Assembly: GCF_963921235.1 (NCBI RefSeq)
Contig: NC_086108.1
Coordinates: 11,842,001-11,906,000 of the forward strand
Direction of reading: 5' to 3'
Length of the DNA stretch: 64,000 bases
Source: Mobula hypostoma
Lineage: Eukaryota
Below, piece by piece: positions 1 to 10,600 of this stretch (positions are counted from its first letter, which is position 1; each line of letters begins with the position of its first letter). The translations under genes and the position numbers were made by a program. Under the pieces are notes generated by a model. It was given only the letters and a program-made list of their open reading frames with translations, did not search any database and was not told the origin of the DNA.

Positions 1-95
1 TATGGGAGGCAGGGTTTGAGGGTTGGCACAACATTGTGGGCCGAAGGGCCTGTACTATGCTGTACTATTCTATGTTCTATGTTCTATGTTCTATG
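1..95 (+). mobile_element. 3' end of CR1 LINE inserted in the 5' LTR of the Gmr1-like element
   Basis: GGGCCGAAGGGCC hairpin then (TTCTATG)n tail; near-identical to 3555-3645; LTR sequence resumes at about 96. Confidence 0.85.
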
Positions 96-780
96 TATTT
101 AAGGAAGCCCGCCAACGTGTGACGCAGAGCTTTTACTTTCTATTTTAAGCTGCAAACACGTTGTTGCCGGCAGTTTCGCCAATCACTGCCAGTTTGTTTG
201 TTGCACATTTGTTTTACTTTAACAGTCTGGTATTGGAGAGTGAAGACCTTACCAATGTACCGGAACCCAAAGGACTGGGTAAAGTTAACGACGTTCGGTG
301 TTTTGGAAGTGATCAACTGTTTGGAATCGGAATCGTCTGGGAAATTGTGGCATGCACGCTTGAGTTAAACCCCTGCAAGGTCAGGACAGTTTGTGCAGTG
401 TCCACCCTCCTGAGAGAAAAGGTCAGTTATTTTATGACTTCATTTCTTCGTGACTCCTTTGCACAAGGCATCTCTCGACTGTGTTCAGCAGATACGTCAT
501 TTTCTTCGGAGGAATTGTTGCTGCAGTGAAGTCTCTCCTTCAAGACTGTAAAAATCACAAGGACTTTTCAACTTACTACTTTAAGACTGTGTTTGAAGTT
601 ACCACTTTTAGAAGTATTTTAAAGTTCGACTGTTTGTTTGAGATAGCCGCATAACGGTTAACTTCCGGTTAAGCTAGTTTATTTACTTTTCTATGTTTTT
701 GAGCAGAGGTTAATAAATATCATTGTTTTTTTTATAAAACCTGACTCAATTTCATATCCATTGTTGCTGGACACGTGACA
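96..780 (+). repeat. 5' LTR (start cut off by CR1 insertion and window edge)
   Basis: Aligns by eye to 4103-4721; ends GTGACA immediately before the PBS; AATAAA at about 712. Confidence 0.9.
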
Positions 781-784
781 AAAG

Positions 785-802
785 TGGGGGCTCGTCCAGG
801 AT
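785..802 (+). promoter_or_regulatory. Primer binding site, tRNA-Pro
   Basis: TGGGGGCTCGTCCAGGAT vs canonical tRNA-Pro PBS TGGGGGCTCGTCCGGGAT (1 mismatch), 4 nt after the LTR end. Confidence 0.9.
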
Positions 803-910
803 CTGTTCCGATTTTGAGCTTAATTGCTTGTTTAATTATCTATTTGATTGGAAAAGGGGAAATATTCGATTCTTTTTGTTTGATTGGTTTGTGTGTGGTC
901 ATCAGCAGCA

Positions 911-2005
911 ATGAATGTTGACGGCTTCCTGGCATCACCAGCCCCGGCGGTATTAGCGAAGGTGAAAAAGGATGATGTATTAAAGATTGCTAGACGGTTA
1001 GACCTTAAAGGAATATTGGTGGTTACAACTAAGCCAGTAATTCAGAGGAAAATCGTGGAACACTATGCAAATTCGGGAGTTTTTGATGAAGCAGAGTTAG
1101 ATAGGTTCCCTGTAAGTAAAGAAGCGATCCAGTTATACATGGAATAGGTAGCGTTAGAGAAGCTTAGAGTAGAAGCTGACTTAAAACAGAAACAATTAGA
1201 AGCTGACTTGGAACAAAGTCAGTTAGAAGCTGCAAATAAACAGAGGGAATTTGAACTCGTGATAGAGTGGTTAAGGTCTGAGAATCAGTCCTCTGGTTCT
1301 AGGAAACTGTTTGTTGCTAGTTAGGAAGTTAAATTGGCTCCTCCATTTAATGAGGCAGAAGTTGATAAGTACTTCCAGCATTTTGAGACAGTTGCTCGGA
1401 TTTCAGAGTGGCCGAAAGAGAAATGGCCAGTGCTGTTACAAAGTGTAATTAAAGGTAAAGCAAAACAAGTTTATACAGTTTTAACTGATGAACAAGCACT
1501 TGATTATGATATCGTGAAGCAGCATATACTGAAAGCATACGAACTGGTTCTGGAAGCTTATAGAGAAAGATTTAGAAGTTTGAAGAAATCTATGGACCAA
1601 ACTTATGTGGAATTTGCTTATGATAAATCTGTGTGTTTTGAGCGATGGGTTACCTCTAAAAATGTGAATGGGAAGTTTGATACCTTGAAAGAGTTGATTT
1701 TAATGGAGGAATTTAAAAGGTGCATCCCTGTTGACGTAAGGACATACTTGAATGAGAGAGACACTGCCACACTGCAGGAATCTGCTAAATTAGCAGATGA
1801 GCATGCTTTAATCCATAAGAGTAAATTTCCTACAGGTACAACTTTTAAGAAAAAAATTAGCATGGATAGTCAGAGTAGACCAAAAATCAAATCAGAAGTT
1901 AGTGAGAAAGGTAAGGAGGAAGGGAAACAAGTGAAGGAAAGACCTTTGGGTCCTATTTGTAATTATTGCAGGAAAGCTGGTCATGTAATAGCTAACTGTT
2001 TCTGA
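911..2005 (+). pseudogene. gag pseudogene (SCAN-like capsid region, CCHC zinc knuckle)
   Basis: ORFs 884-1147 and 1334-2005 in the same frame split by stops; EAYRERFR...LILMEEFK...AKLADE; CNYCRKAGHVIANC. Confidence 0.85.
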
Positions 2006-2420
2006 GTGAAGAAGGAGAAGGAGGCAGTCCCAGATACCTGTGTGCAACATATTGAAACACCTGTAAATCCACAGGGTTCGAGAAATTCAAATGAGTCTGA
2101 CCAAGTTAAGAGGGGATATGATCATTTTATTACTGAGGGATTTGTATCCTTGAAAGAGGAGTCCACTCCAGTGCCAATAAAAATTCTTAGGGATACTGGA
2201 GCTTCTCAGTCACTTATGTTAGACAGTGTTCTGGAATTTAGTAATGAGTCTAATTACTAAGGTAAGGTAATCTATGTATGAGGTATTGGGAGTGCCCTTC
2301 TGCCTGTATATCTGCAAAGAATAATTTTAAGGTCAGGGTTAGTTTCAGGACCTGTTAAAGTAGGACTACAACCCAGTTTACCCATGAATTATGTTTTTCT
2401 ATTGTTAGGGAATGACCTAG
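2006..2420 (+). pseudogene. Aspartic protease pseudogene
   Basis: ILRDTGASQSL catalytic motif; LLGNDLA motif at about 2400. Confidence 0.85.
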
Positions 2421-2689
2421 CAGATGGACAAGTTTTTCCTGAAGTGCATTTGACAATTAAGCCCACCTCTGATGAACCAAAGATGGATTCTAACATGGAT
2501 TCCTCCTGTGTTGTAACCTGAGCTACGGCCAAAAAGATTGCTGGTGCGGATGGGTCTGCTACTCACAACCATTCAATTCAGGACTCAAATTTTGATGATT
2601 TGTCAGAAACTTTCTTACTTTTATTGTTTGATCAAGATTCTTGCAGTAAGTCTGACCATGAAGATTTGTCTCTGTCTCGGAGCAAGGTA

Positions 2690-3110
2690 GAGACCCTGAG
2701 ATTGTCAAATTAAAAGAACAAGCTCTTCCAGATAGTGAAATTGAGAAGGTGCCAGTAGGATATTATTTTAAGAGTGGAGTGTTAATGAGGAAGTGGAGAT
2801 CACATACAATTCCTGCAAGTGAGGAATGGGTTCACCAGGTAGTAGTTCCTAAAGTTTAAAGGAATGAGATTTTAACTTTGGCTCATAGTATGCTCTTAGG
2901 TGGCCATCAATGTGTGAAGAAAACTGTGAACAAGGTTTTTAAACATTTTTACTGGCCTAGTTTAAGAAAAGATGTGGCGACACTTTGTCAAACTTGTCAC
3001 GCTTGTCAGGTTGTGGGTAAACCTAATCAAGTTACTCCAGTGGCTCCACTGCAACCTATTCCCGCATTTGGTGAACCATTTTCCAAAACTATTGTAGATT
3101 GTGTAGGCCC
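2690..3110 (+). pseudogene. Integrase N-terminal HHCC zinc finger and start of core
   Basis: AHS..GGH...FYWPSLRKDV..CQTCHACQ...PLQPIP..PFS..IVDCVGP, then abrupt switch to CR1. Confidence 0.85.
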
Positions 3111-3645
3111 AATCTACACTTGGAGTACTGTGTCCAGTTCTGGTTGCCTCACTGTAGGAAGGATGTGGAAGCATTGGAAAGGGTACAGAGGGGATTTACC
3201 AGGATGCTGCCTGGTTTAGAGAGTATGCATTATGATCAGAGATTAAGGGAGCTAGAGCTTTACTCTTTGGAGAGAAGGAGGATGAGAGGAGACATGTTAG
3301 AGGTATACAAGATATTAAGAGGAATAGATAGAGTGGACAGCCAGTGCCTCTTCCCCAGGGCACCACAGCTCAATACAAGAGGACATGGCTTTAAGGTAAG
3401 GGGTGGGAAGTTCAAGGGGGATATTAAAGGAAGATTTTTTACTCAGAGAGTGGTTAGTGCTGGAATGCACTACCTGAGTCAGTGGTGGAGGCAGATACAC
3501 TAGTGAAGTTTAAGAGACTACTAGACAGGTATATGGAGGAATTTAAGGTGGGGGTTATATGGAAGGCAGCGTTTAAGGGTCAGCACAGCATTGTGGGCCG
3601 AAGGGTCTGTACTGTGCTGTACTATTCTATGTTCTATGTTCTATC
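3105..3645 (+). mobile_element. 5'-truncated CR1 LINE (3' RT tail)
   Basis: HLEYCVQFW..LERVQR..LYSLERRRMRGD..TRGH..FFTQRVV; (TTCTATG)n tail. Confidence 0.92.
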
Positions 3646-3649
3646 TATA

Positions 3650-3791
3650 ATCTATTAGTGTTTTTGAGTAAGGTGAAAAACAAAAATAGAAGGTTACTAA
3701 TTGGAGTTTGATGTTACAGGAGTATAATATTTTGATAATTCATATTAAAGGCAAAAATAATGTGACTGCCAAATGTCTGTCCCGATGCTAA
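3650..3791 (+). pseudogene. RNase H C-terminus of Gmr1-like pol
   Basis: LVFLSKVKNKNRRLL..WSLMLQEYNILIIHIKGKNNVTAKCLSRC* (frameshifted). Confidence 0.8.
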
Positions 3792-3978
3792 ATTTACAAT
3801 GTTTTTTTTTGAGTAGAATTTTAATATTTGTAACACTCTGACTGTATATTAGTTTGTGCTGTTTGATAATTCTATGTATATTATATATGTTGTAGATTTT
3901 ATACATTTGTATTTTTTTTGTAAATAGTTATTAAAATTTTGCTCATGATAGACCAAAATATTCCCTTTTTGGGCGTAA

Positions 3979-4721
3979 TGTTACATACTCATAGTTTGAT
4001 CATGGGACAGAGGGATGATGAGTGAGTCTTGTGAGTGGGATGATGTAATTGTCTCATGACCGTGGGGTGATGTTATGTCATGTGATGGCATGTTCCCTAC
4101 AGTATTTACGGAAGCCCGCCAAAGAGTGACGCAGAGTTTTTAATTTCTATTTTAAGCTGCAAGCACATCGTTGCCAGCAGTTTTGCCAATCGCTGCCAGT
4201 TTGTTTGTTGCACATTTGTTTTACTTTTACAGTCTAGTATTGGAGAGTGAATACCTGACCAATGTACCGGAACCCAAAGGATTGGGTAAAGTTAACGGCG
4301 TTCGGTGTTTTGGAAGTGATCGAATGTTTGGAATCAGAATCGTCCGGGAAATTATGTCATGCACATTTGGGTTAAACCCCTGCAAGGTCAGGACAGTTCG
4401 TGCAGTGTCCACCCTCCCGACAGAAAAGGTCAGTTACTTTATGACTTCATGTCTTCATGACTCCTTTGGACAAGGCATCGCTCAACTGTGATCGGAAGAT
4501 ACGTCATTTTCCTGGGAGGAATTGTTGCTGCAGTAAAGTCTGTCCTTCAAGACCGTAAAAACCACCAGGCCTTTTCAACTTACTACTTTAAGACTGCGTT
4601 CGAATTTACCACTTTTAGAAGTTTTTTTAAGTTTGACTGTTTGAGATAGCCGCATAACGGTTAACTTCCGGTTAAGCTAGTTTGTTTACTTTTCACATCC
4701 ATTGTTGCAGGACACATGACA
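3979..4721 (+). repeat. 3' LTR
   Basis: TGTTAC...ATGACA termini; homologous to 96-780 but with an internal deletion near its 3' end. Confidence 0.88.
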
Positions 4722-4979
4722 CTGGCTAAATCCGCAATAGATTGCCATACACACCCTTCTCACACACCCTTGCCTTCTGTGCTGAAGCTAACATATCTAT
4801 CGACTCCAGATTTAGGCAGTTATTGTTTCTTGTAACTTGTAGATCTAGATGGAAGGAAGTGTGACAATATCAAAGACCCAAGCACTCCACCCATATCTCT
4901 TCACACAGAGTAGAGTTGGTGTACAGTTCCAGGTGATGTAGGTCATGATCTGGACAGAAATGGACCCTTTATGTTGGCC

Positions 4980-5368
4980 TGGAGGTAGACAGGTCAAGAC
5001 TCTCAGGGCTCACATCACCAGGTTCAAGAACAGTTACTACCCATTAACCATCAGGCTCTTCAGCAAAAGGGGATAACTACACTCACTTCTCCATCATGGA
5101 GATGTTTCCAAACCAATGATCTCACTTTAAGGACTTTTTACCTCATTATCTCATGTTCTTGTTATTTATTGCTATTTATTTATATTTATTTATATTTACA
5201 TTTGACCAGTTTGTTGTCTTCTGCACTCTGGTTGATCTTTCATTGATCCTGTTATAGTTACTATTCTATAGATTTGCTGAGTATGCCAACAGGAAAATGA
5301 TTCTCTGGGTTGTATATGGTGACATAGATGTACTTCGATAATAAAGTTTACTTTGGAATTTGAACTTT
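4980..5368 (+). mobile_element. 3' end of Rex1/Babar-type LINE
   Basis: LRAHITRFKNSYYPLTIRL coding tail, AT-rich 3' UTR, AATAAA and GAACTTT tail; homologous to 48430-48668. Confidence 0.6.
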
Positions 5369-5596
5369 ACTCCAGGCTGTCACACTGTTACCCAGAAACA
5401 CGTAAGCCACCAGTTCTTACACACTCCTCCCAATGGATCCCCTTGATACCCCCCCCCCACCGCCTACAGTTCCATCTGCCACCCCTCCCTCATCTACAGC
5501 CCTTTGTCGACTCGGCCTATCACACTCCCAGCCTCTGTCACTGATCCACCTCTTCCACCCCACACCTCACTCCATTTTCCAATTATCCCTTCATAC

Positions 5597-5905
5597 GATA
5601 GTGTAGTGGTGAGCGTAACACTTTTACAGCACAAGCGATCATCAATCAGGGCTCGGTTTCTGCTGCCGTCTGTAAGGAGTTGGTATGCTCTCTCCGTGAC
5701 TACATGGCTTTCCTCCAGGTGCTCCAGTTTCCAAAGACGTACGGGTGAGGGTTAGTGAATGGTGACCACGCTATGTTGTTGCTGGAAGTATGGCGATACT
5801 TGCGGGCTGCCCCGAGCATAGTGCTCGCTGATTAGATTTGACGTAAACTACACATTCACTGCATGTTTCAATGCACATGCGACAAATAAGGCTAATCTTT
5901 CTTAA
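5597..5905 (+). mobile_element. tRNA-derived V-SINE-like element
   Basis: A-box-like TAGTGTAGTGG; V-domain-like GTCTGTAAGGAGTT..TTTCCTCCAGGTGCTCCAGTTTCC..AAAGAC. Confidence 0.6.
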
Positions 5906-5947
5906 CCTGGATCCACCAATCACTTACCAGCTCTGAGAGTCAACAGG

Positions 5948-6175
5948 TCATAGAACACCACAACACAGAAATAGGCCCTTCAGCCCATTAATCCATGCCA
6001 AACTATTATGCTGCCTAGTTTCCTTTGACCCGCACCCGGACCATAGCCCTCTATTCTCCTCCCATCCAAATACCTATCCAAATTTCCCCTAAATATTGAA
6101 ATCAAACCCACATCCATCACTTCTACAGGCAGTTCGTACCACACTCTCACCACTCCCTGAGTGCAGGAGCTCCCC
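5948..6175 (-). mobile_element. Old CR1 3' fragment
   Basis: Reverse-strand CR1 3' UTR (CATAGAAC..GGCCCTTCAGCCC) and C-terminal coding remnants. Confidence 0.6.
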
Positions 6176-6233
6176 AGATTGAGAAGGTCAGGGTGTCGGA
6201 CTGCTTCATTTCACTGCTCTTTAGTCTTAATTC

Positions 6234-6917
6234 AGGAGGAGGAGAAGATGGCGGCACAACACAGCGCGCGTGGCCTCTCCGGTGAATGATACCTGCAATC
6301 TGTCAAGTCGGGTACCGTGCACAATTCTGATTTGATAGAGACAGACGTGAGGGTACGGAGAAACATTTGGAGAAACTTCTGAAATGCCCGCTTCGCTGCC
6401 GCTGCTACTGTGTGGTAACCGGAATCTCCGGAGCAGAAGGCCCCGAGTCCTCGGCTTTGCTTGTTTCAGCGGCCGGAGTGAGGTCGAAGGCGCTCGGGAG
6501 GCTGTATCGGAGGGGCTGGTCAGAGGCTCGAAGTTTTCAGATGGACGGACTCAGTGTCGGCTGTGGTCAGGTGCTTCCAATGCATCGGCAGTTGTCGGTG
6601 CCTTGAGGTTTATGGCAGGGAGTTTCTCCCTTTTGCCACCTGCTATCGGGGACTCGGGAGTCGATCGGGACTTGAGACTTTTTTTTTTACCGTGCCCATG
6701 GTCTGTTCTTCATCAAATTATGGTATTGTTTTGCACTTATGTAACTATATGTTATAATTAGGTGGTTCTGTCAGTGTTAGTCTTTGGTTTGTCCTGTTTT
6801 TCTGTGATATCACTCTGGAGGAACATTGTATCATTTCTTAATGCATGCATACATTTTTCTAAATGACAATAAAGGAGGACTGAGTGTTCTCATAATCTAA
6901 AAAAAAATCTAATCTAA
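6234..6917 (+). mobile_element. Non-autonomous retroposon with GC-rich head and LINE-like tail
   Basis: CpG-rich start AAGATGGCGG, AATAAA, (ATCTA)n tail, candidate TAATTC TSD; interrupts an older GAACTTT-tailed element. Confidence 0.55.
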
Positions 6918-7231
6918 TTCCTCTCTGCACTGAACTGAAACTGTGGCCTGCAACTAACAGGCTCCTGTCTCGGATGCAGGGATGATGGTCGACTCACTTT
7001 CATGAACTTCAGTTCTGTATGCTATTTGCATACTCTTATTGCTTGCACGATTTTTTTTTTCTCTCTCTGCACATTGTGTGTTGGACAGCTTTCTTTTTTT
7101 TCACTGAGTTCTGTTGAGTTTCTTGGTTGCCTATAAGGAGTTGAATCTCAAGGTTGAATAAAATATTTAATAACAAATGTACGTTGAGACTTTGAACTTT
7201 GTTTCCATCAAATATTTCACCTTTCACCCTT

Positions 7232-7276
7232 ATAGTAGTCATAGTCATACTTTATTGATCCCGGGGGAAATTGGTT
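7232..7276 (-). mobile_element. Ultra-short 3' tail of a Rex1-type LINE
   Basis: Near-identical to 50330-50364 (AGTCATACTTTATTGATCC.GGGGAAATTGGTT). Confidence 0.65.
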
Positions 7277-7480
7277 AAACATGACCTCTGGTTTTAGTCC
7301 CACTCAACCTCAGTGAAAATTGTCTGCTTTGTATGCCTCTATCAAATCTCCACTGATTCGCCTACACTCCATGAAATAAAGTTCTAAATTATTCAACCTT
7401 CCCCTATAACTCAGGTCCTCAAGTCCTGGCAACAGACTTGTAGATTTTCTCTGTACTCTTTCAAAATTATTCACTTTAAC
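7277..7480 (-). mobile_element. CR1 RT fragment
   Basis: ERVQRK...LSYRGRLNNLELY...GDLIEAYK. Confidence 0.7.
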
Positions 7481-7624
7481 AAACCAGCAGCCCACACTTC
7501 CTTATGCTGGTCACCGCCCATCTGTTTTTCTAGTCCAGATGCTGAATCTCGATCCAAAATGTCAGCTATCCCTCCTCCCAACACAGATGCTGCCTGAGTC
7601 CCACAGTGTCTTTCAGCAGGTTGT

Positions 7625-10600
7625 TTGCACAGATTCACTATTGTTGACGTGAGTAGTTGTTGAAATAGGGTGGTGTTAGAGGTAGATTCACCATTGTTGA
7701 CACAGGTGGTACTAGAGACAAATTTCAACTAAGGACATGGGGTGGTGTAAGTGGCAGATTCATAGATGTTGACAGGTGATGATGTAGGAGACAGATTCAC
7801 CAATGTTGATAAGGGGTGCTGTTAGACGCAGATTGTGCATTGTCGACTAGGGTTGGTGCTAGATGCATATTCACCACTGTCGACAATATATGGTGTTAGA
7901 AGCAGATTTACCATTGTTAGCATAGGGTGGTGTTAGAGCAAGAATTACAATTCTTGACATGGAGTGATGTGTTGTTAGAGGAAGTTTCACAGTGGCTGAA
8001 ATGGTGTGGTGTTAGAGACCCATTCACACTTGTTGACAAGGGGAAGTGTTAGACATTGATACATCATTGTTGACATGTGGATGTGTTAGACGCAATTTCA
8101 CAATTGTTGACATACAGTGGTGTTAGAGGCAGATTCACTATTGTTCACAAAGGGTGGTGTTAGAGGCTGATTCACAATTGTTCACATGGATGGTATTAGT
8201 GGCAGATTCCCAATTGTTGACAAGGGGGGCTGTTAGAAGTAGATTCACCATTGTTGACATGGGGGTGTTAGAGGCAGATTCACCATTGTTGACATGGGGT
8301 GGTGCTAGAGGTAAATACACAGCTGTTGACATGGGGTGGAATTGGTGACATATTCACAATTGTTGACAAGTGTTGTTCAAGACAGATTCACCACTGCTGA
8401 TAAGGGCTGACGTTAGAGGCAGTTCATAATTGTTGACATGGGGTTGAGTTAGAGGAGTATCATAGTTGCTGAGATGGTGTGGTAGTACAGGCCAATTCAG
8501 CATTGTTGTATTGATAGAGGCAGGTTTATCATTTTTGACAAGGAGTGGTGTTAGAGGCAGAATCACCATTGTTGACATGGGCTGGTATCAGAGCCAGATA
8601 CACAATTGTTGACAAGGGCTGGTGTTACAGGCAGATTCACCATTGTTGACAATGGTTCGTGTTGGAGACAGATTCACAATTCTTGACATGGGAAGGTGAT
8701 AGAGGCACATTCACAATTGTTAACAAATGTTAGGGTTTGAAACAAATTCACAATTGTTGACATCGCGTGGTGTTACACGCAGATTCATATTTGTTCACAT
8801 GGGCAGGTGTTAGAGTCATATTCACAATTGCAGACAAGGAGTGGTGTTTTAGACAGATTCACCATTGTTGACATGGGTAGTGTAGAGGCAAATTCGCAAC
8901 TGTGAACATGCTGTGGCGGAAGGGGCAGATTCACCATTGTTAACATGGGGTGGTGATAGAAGCAGCTTCACCATTGTTTACAAGGGCTGGTGTTACAGGG
9001 AGATTCATGATGGTTCATAAGAGATTATGTTAGAGGTAGATTCACCATTGTTGACATGGGTGGTGTTAGAGCAAGATTCACAATTGCTGACATGTGGATG
9101 TTTTAGAGACAGATTCACAATTGCTAACATGGGGTTTTCTTAGAGGTAGATTCACCATTGTTGACAATGGGCAGTGTTAGAGGCAGATTCACAATTGTTG
9201 ACACGGGGTTGTGTTAGAGGCAGATTCACAACTGTTGACAAGTGGTGATGTTTCAGGCAGATTCACCATTGTTGTCAAGGGGTGGTGTTAGAGACAGATT
9301 CACAGTTGTTGACAATGGATCGTGTTAATAGCAGATTCATAATTGTCAACATGGGGTGGTGTTAGAGGCAGTTTCACAGTTGTTGGCAGGGAGTGCTGTT
9401 AGAGGCAGATCTAGCACTGTTGACAACAGATGGCGTTAGAGACGGATTCACAATTGTTGACAAGGGGCTGTGTTAGAGGCAGATTCACAGTTGTTGACAT
9501 GGGTTGGTGTAAGAGGCAGATTCACTATCATCAACATAGGGTGGTGTTCGAGGCAGATTCACATTTGTTGACATGGGGTTGTGTTAGAGGCAGATTCAGT
9601 ATTGTTGTCAAGGGGTGGTGTTAGAGGTAGGTTCACAACTGTTGACAAGGGGTGGTGTGAGAAACAGATTCACGGTTGTTGACAATGGGTCATGTTAGTG
9701 GCAGATTCGCAATTGTTGACAAGGGGTGGTGTTAGAGCAGTTTCACAGTTGTTGGCAGGGAGTGCTGCTGGAGGTAGATCTCGCACTGTTGACATGAGGT
9801 GATGTTAGAGACAGATTCACAATTGTTGTCAAGAGGTGCTGCTAGAAGCAGATTCACCTTTGTTGAAAAAGGGTGGTGTTAGAGACAGATTCACAATTAT
9901 TGACATGGGATCTTGTTAGAGGCAGATTCATAATTGTTGACATTGTGTGGTGTTAGAGGCAGAATCTCTATTCCTGACTTCAGGTTGTGTTTGAGACAGA
10001 TTTGAAATTGTTGACAAGGGGTGGTGTTTGAGGTAGATTCACCAGTGTTGACATGGGGTGGTGTGAGAGGGAGATTCACCACTATTGACAAGAGGTGGTG
10101 TCAGAGACAGATCCAACATTGTTAACAAGAGGTGGGGTTAGAGGCTGTTTCACCATTGTTGACAAGTGGTGGTGTTGGAGGAAGATTCACCATTGTTGAT
10201 AACCGATGGTGTAATAAGCAGATTCACTATTGTCAACAAGGGGTGGTGTTGGATGCAAATTCAGCATTGTTGACATAGGGTGGTATTAGAGGCAGATTCA
10301 CAACTGATGACAAGGGGTGATATTACGAGTAGATTCACCATTGTTGACAAAGAGTGATGTTAGATGCAGATTCACAAATGTTGACAAGGGGCTGTGTTAG
10401 AGGCAGATTCACAGTTGTTGACATGCTGTGGTGTTGGAGGTAGATTCACAGTTGCTGACAGGGGTTGGCGTTAGAGGCATATTCACAATTGCTGACAAGT
10501 GTCATGTTACAGGCAGATTCACAATTGTTGACAAGGGATGGTGTTACAGGTAGATTCTCAATTGTGGACAATAGTTGGTGTTAGAGGTAGATTCACCATT

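Larger units (their letters stand above)
96..4721 (+). mobile_element. Degenerate Gmr1-like Ty3/gypsy LTR retrotransposon (gag-PR-IN...RH), internally deleted
   Basis: Two homologous LTRs, PBS, gag with CCHC knuckle, DTGA protease, HHCC integrase directly after PR, RNase H C-terminus last. Confidence 0.88.

Noticed and set aside
161..529. Duplicated ORF (also 4171-4491) as a gene pair
   Set aside because: Non-ATG starts, lies in the two LTRs, stops differ; explained by LTR duplication
785..4721. Endogenous gammaretrovirus because of the tRNA-Pro PBS
   Set aside because: Gag, integrase and RNase H motifs and the domain order are Gmr1 gypsy-like; no env
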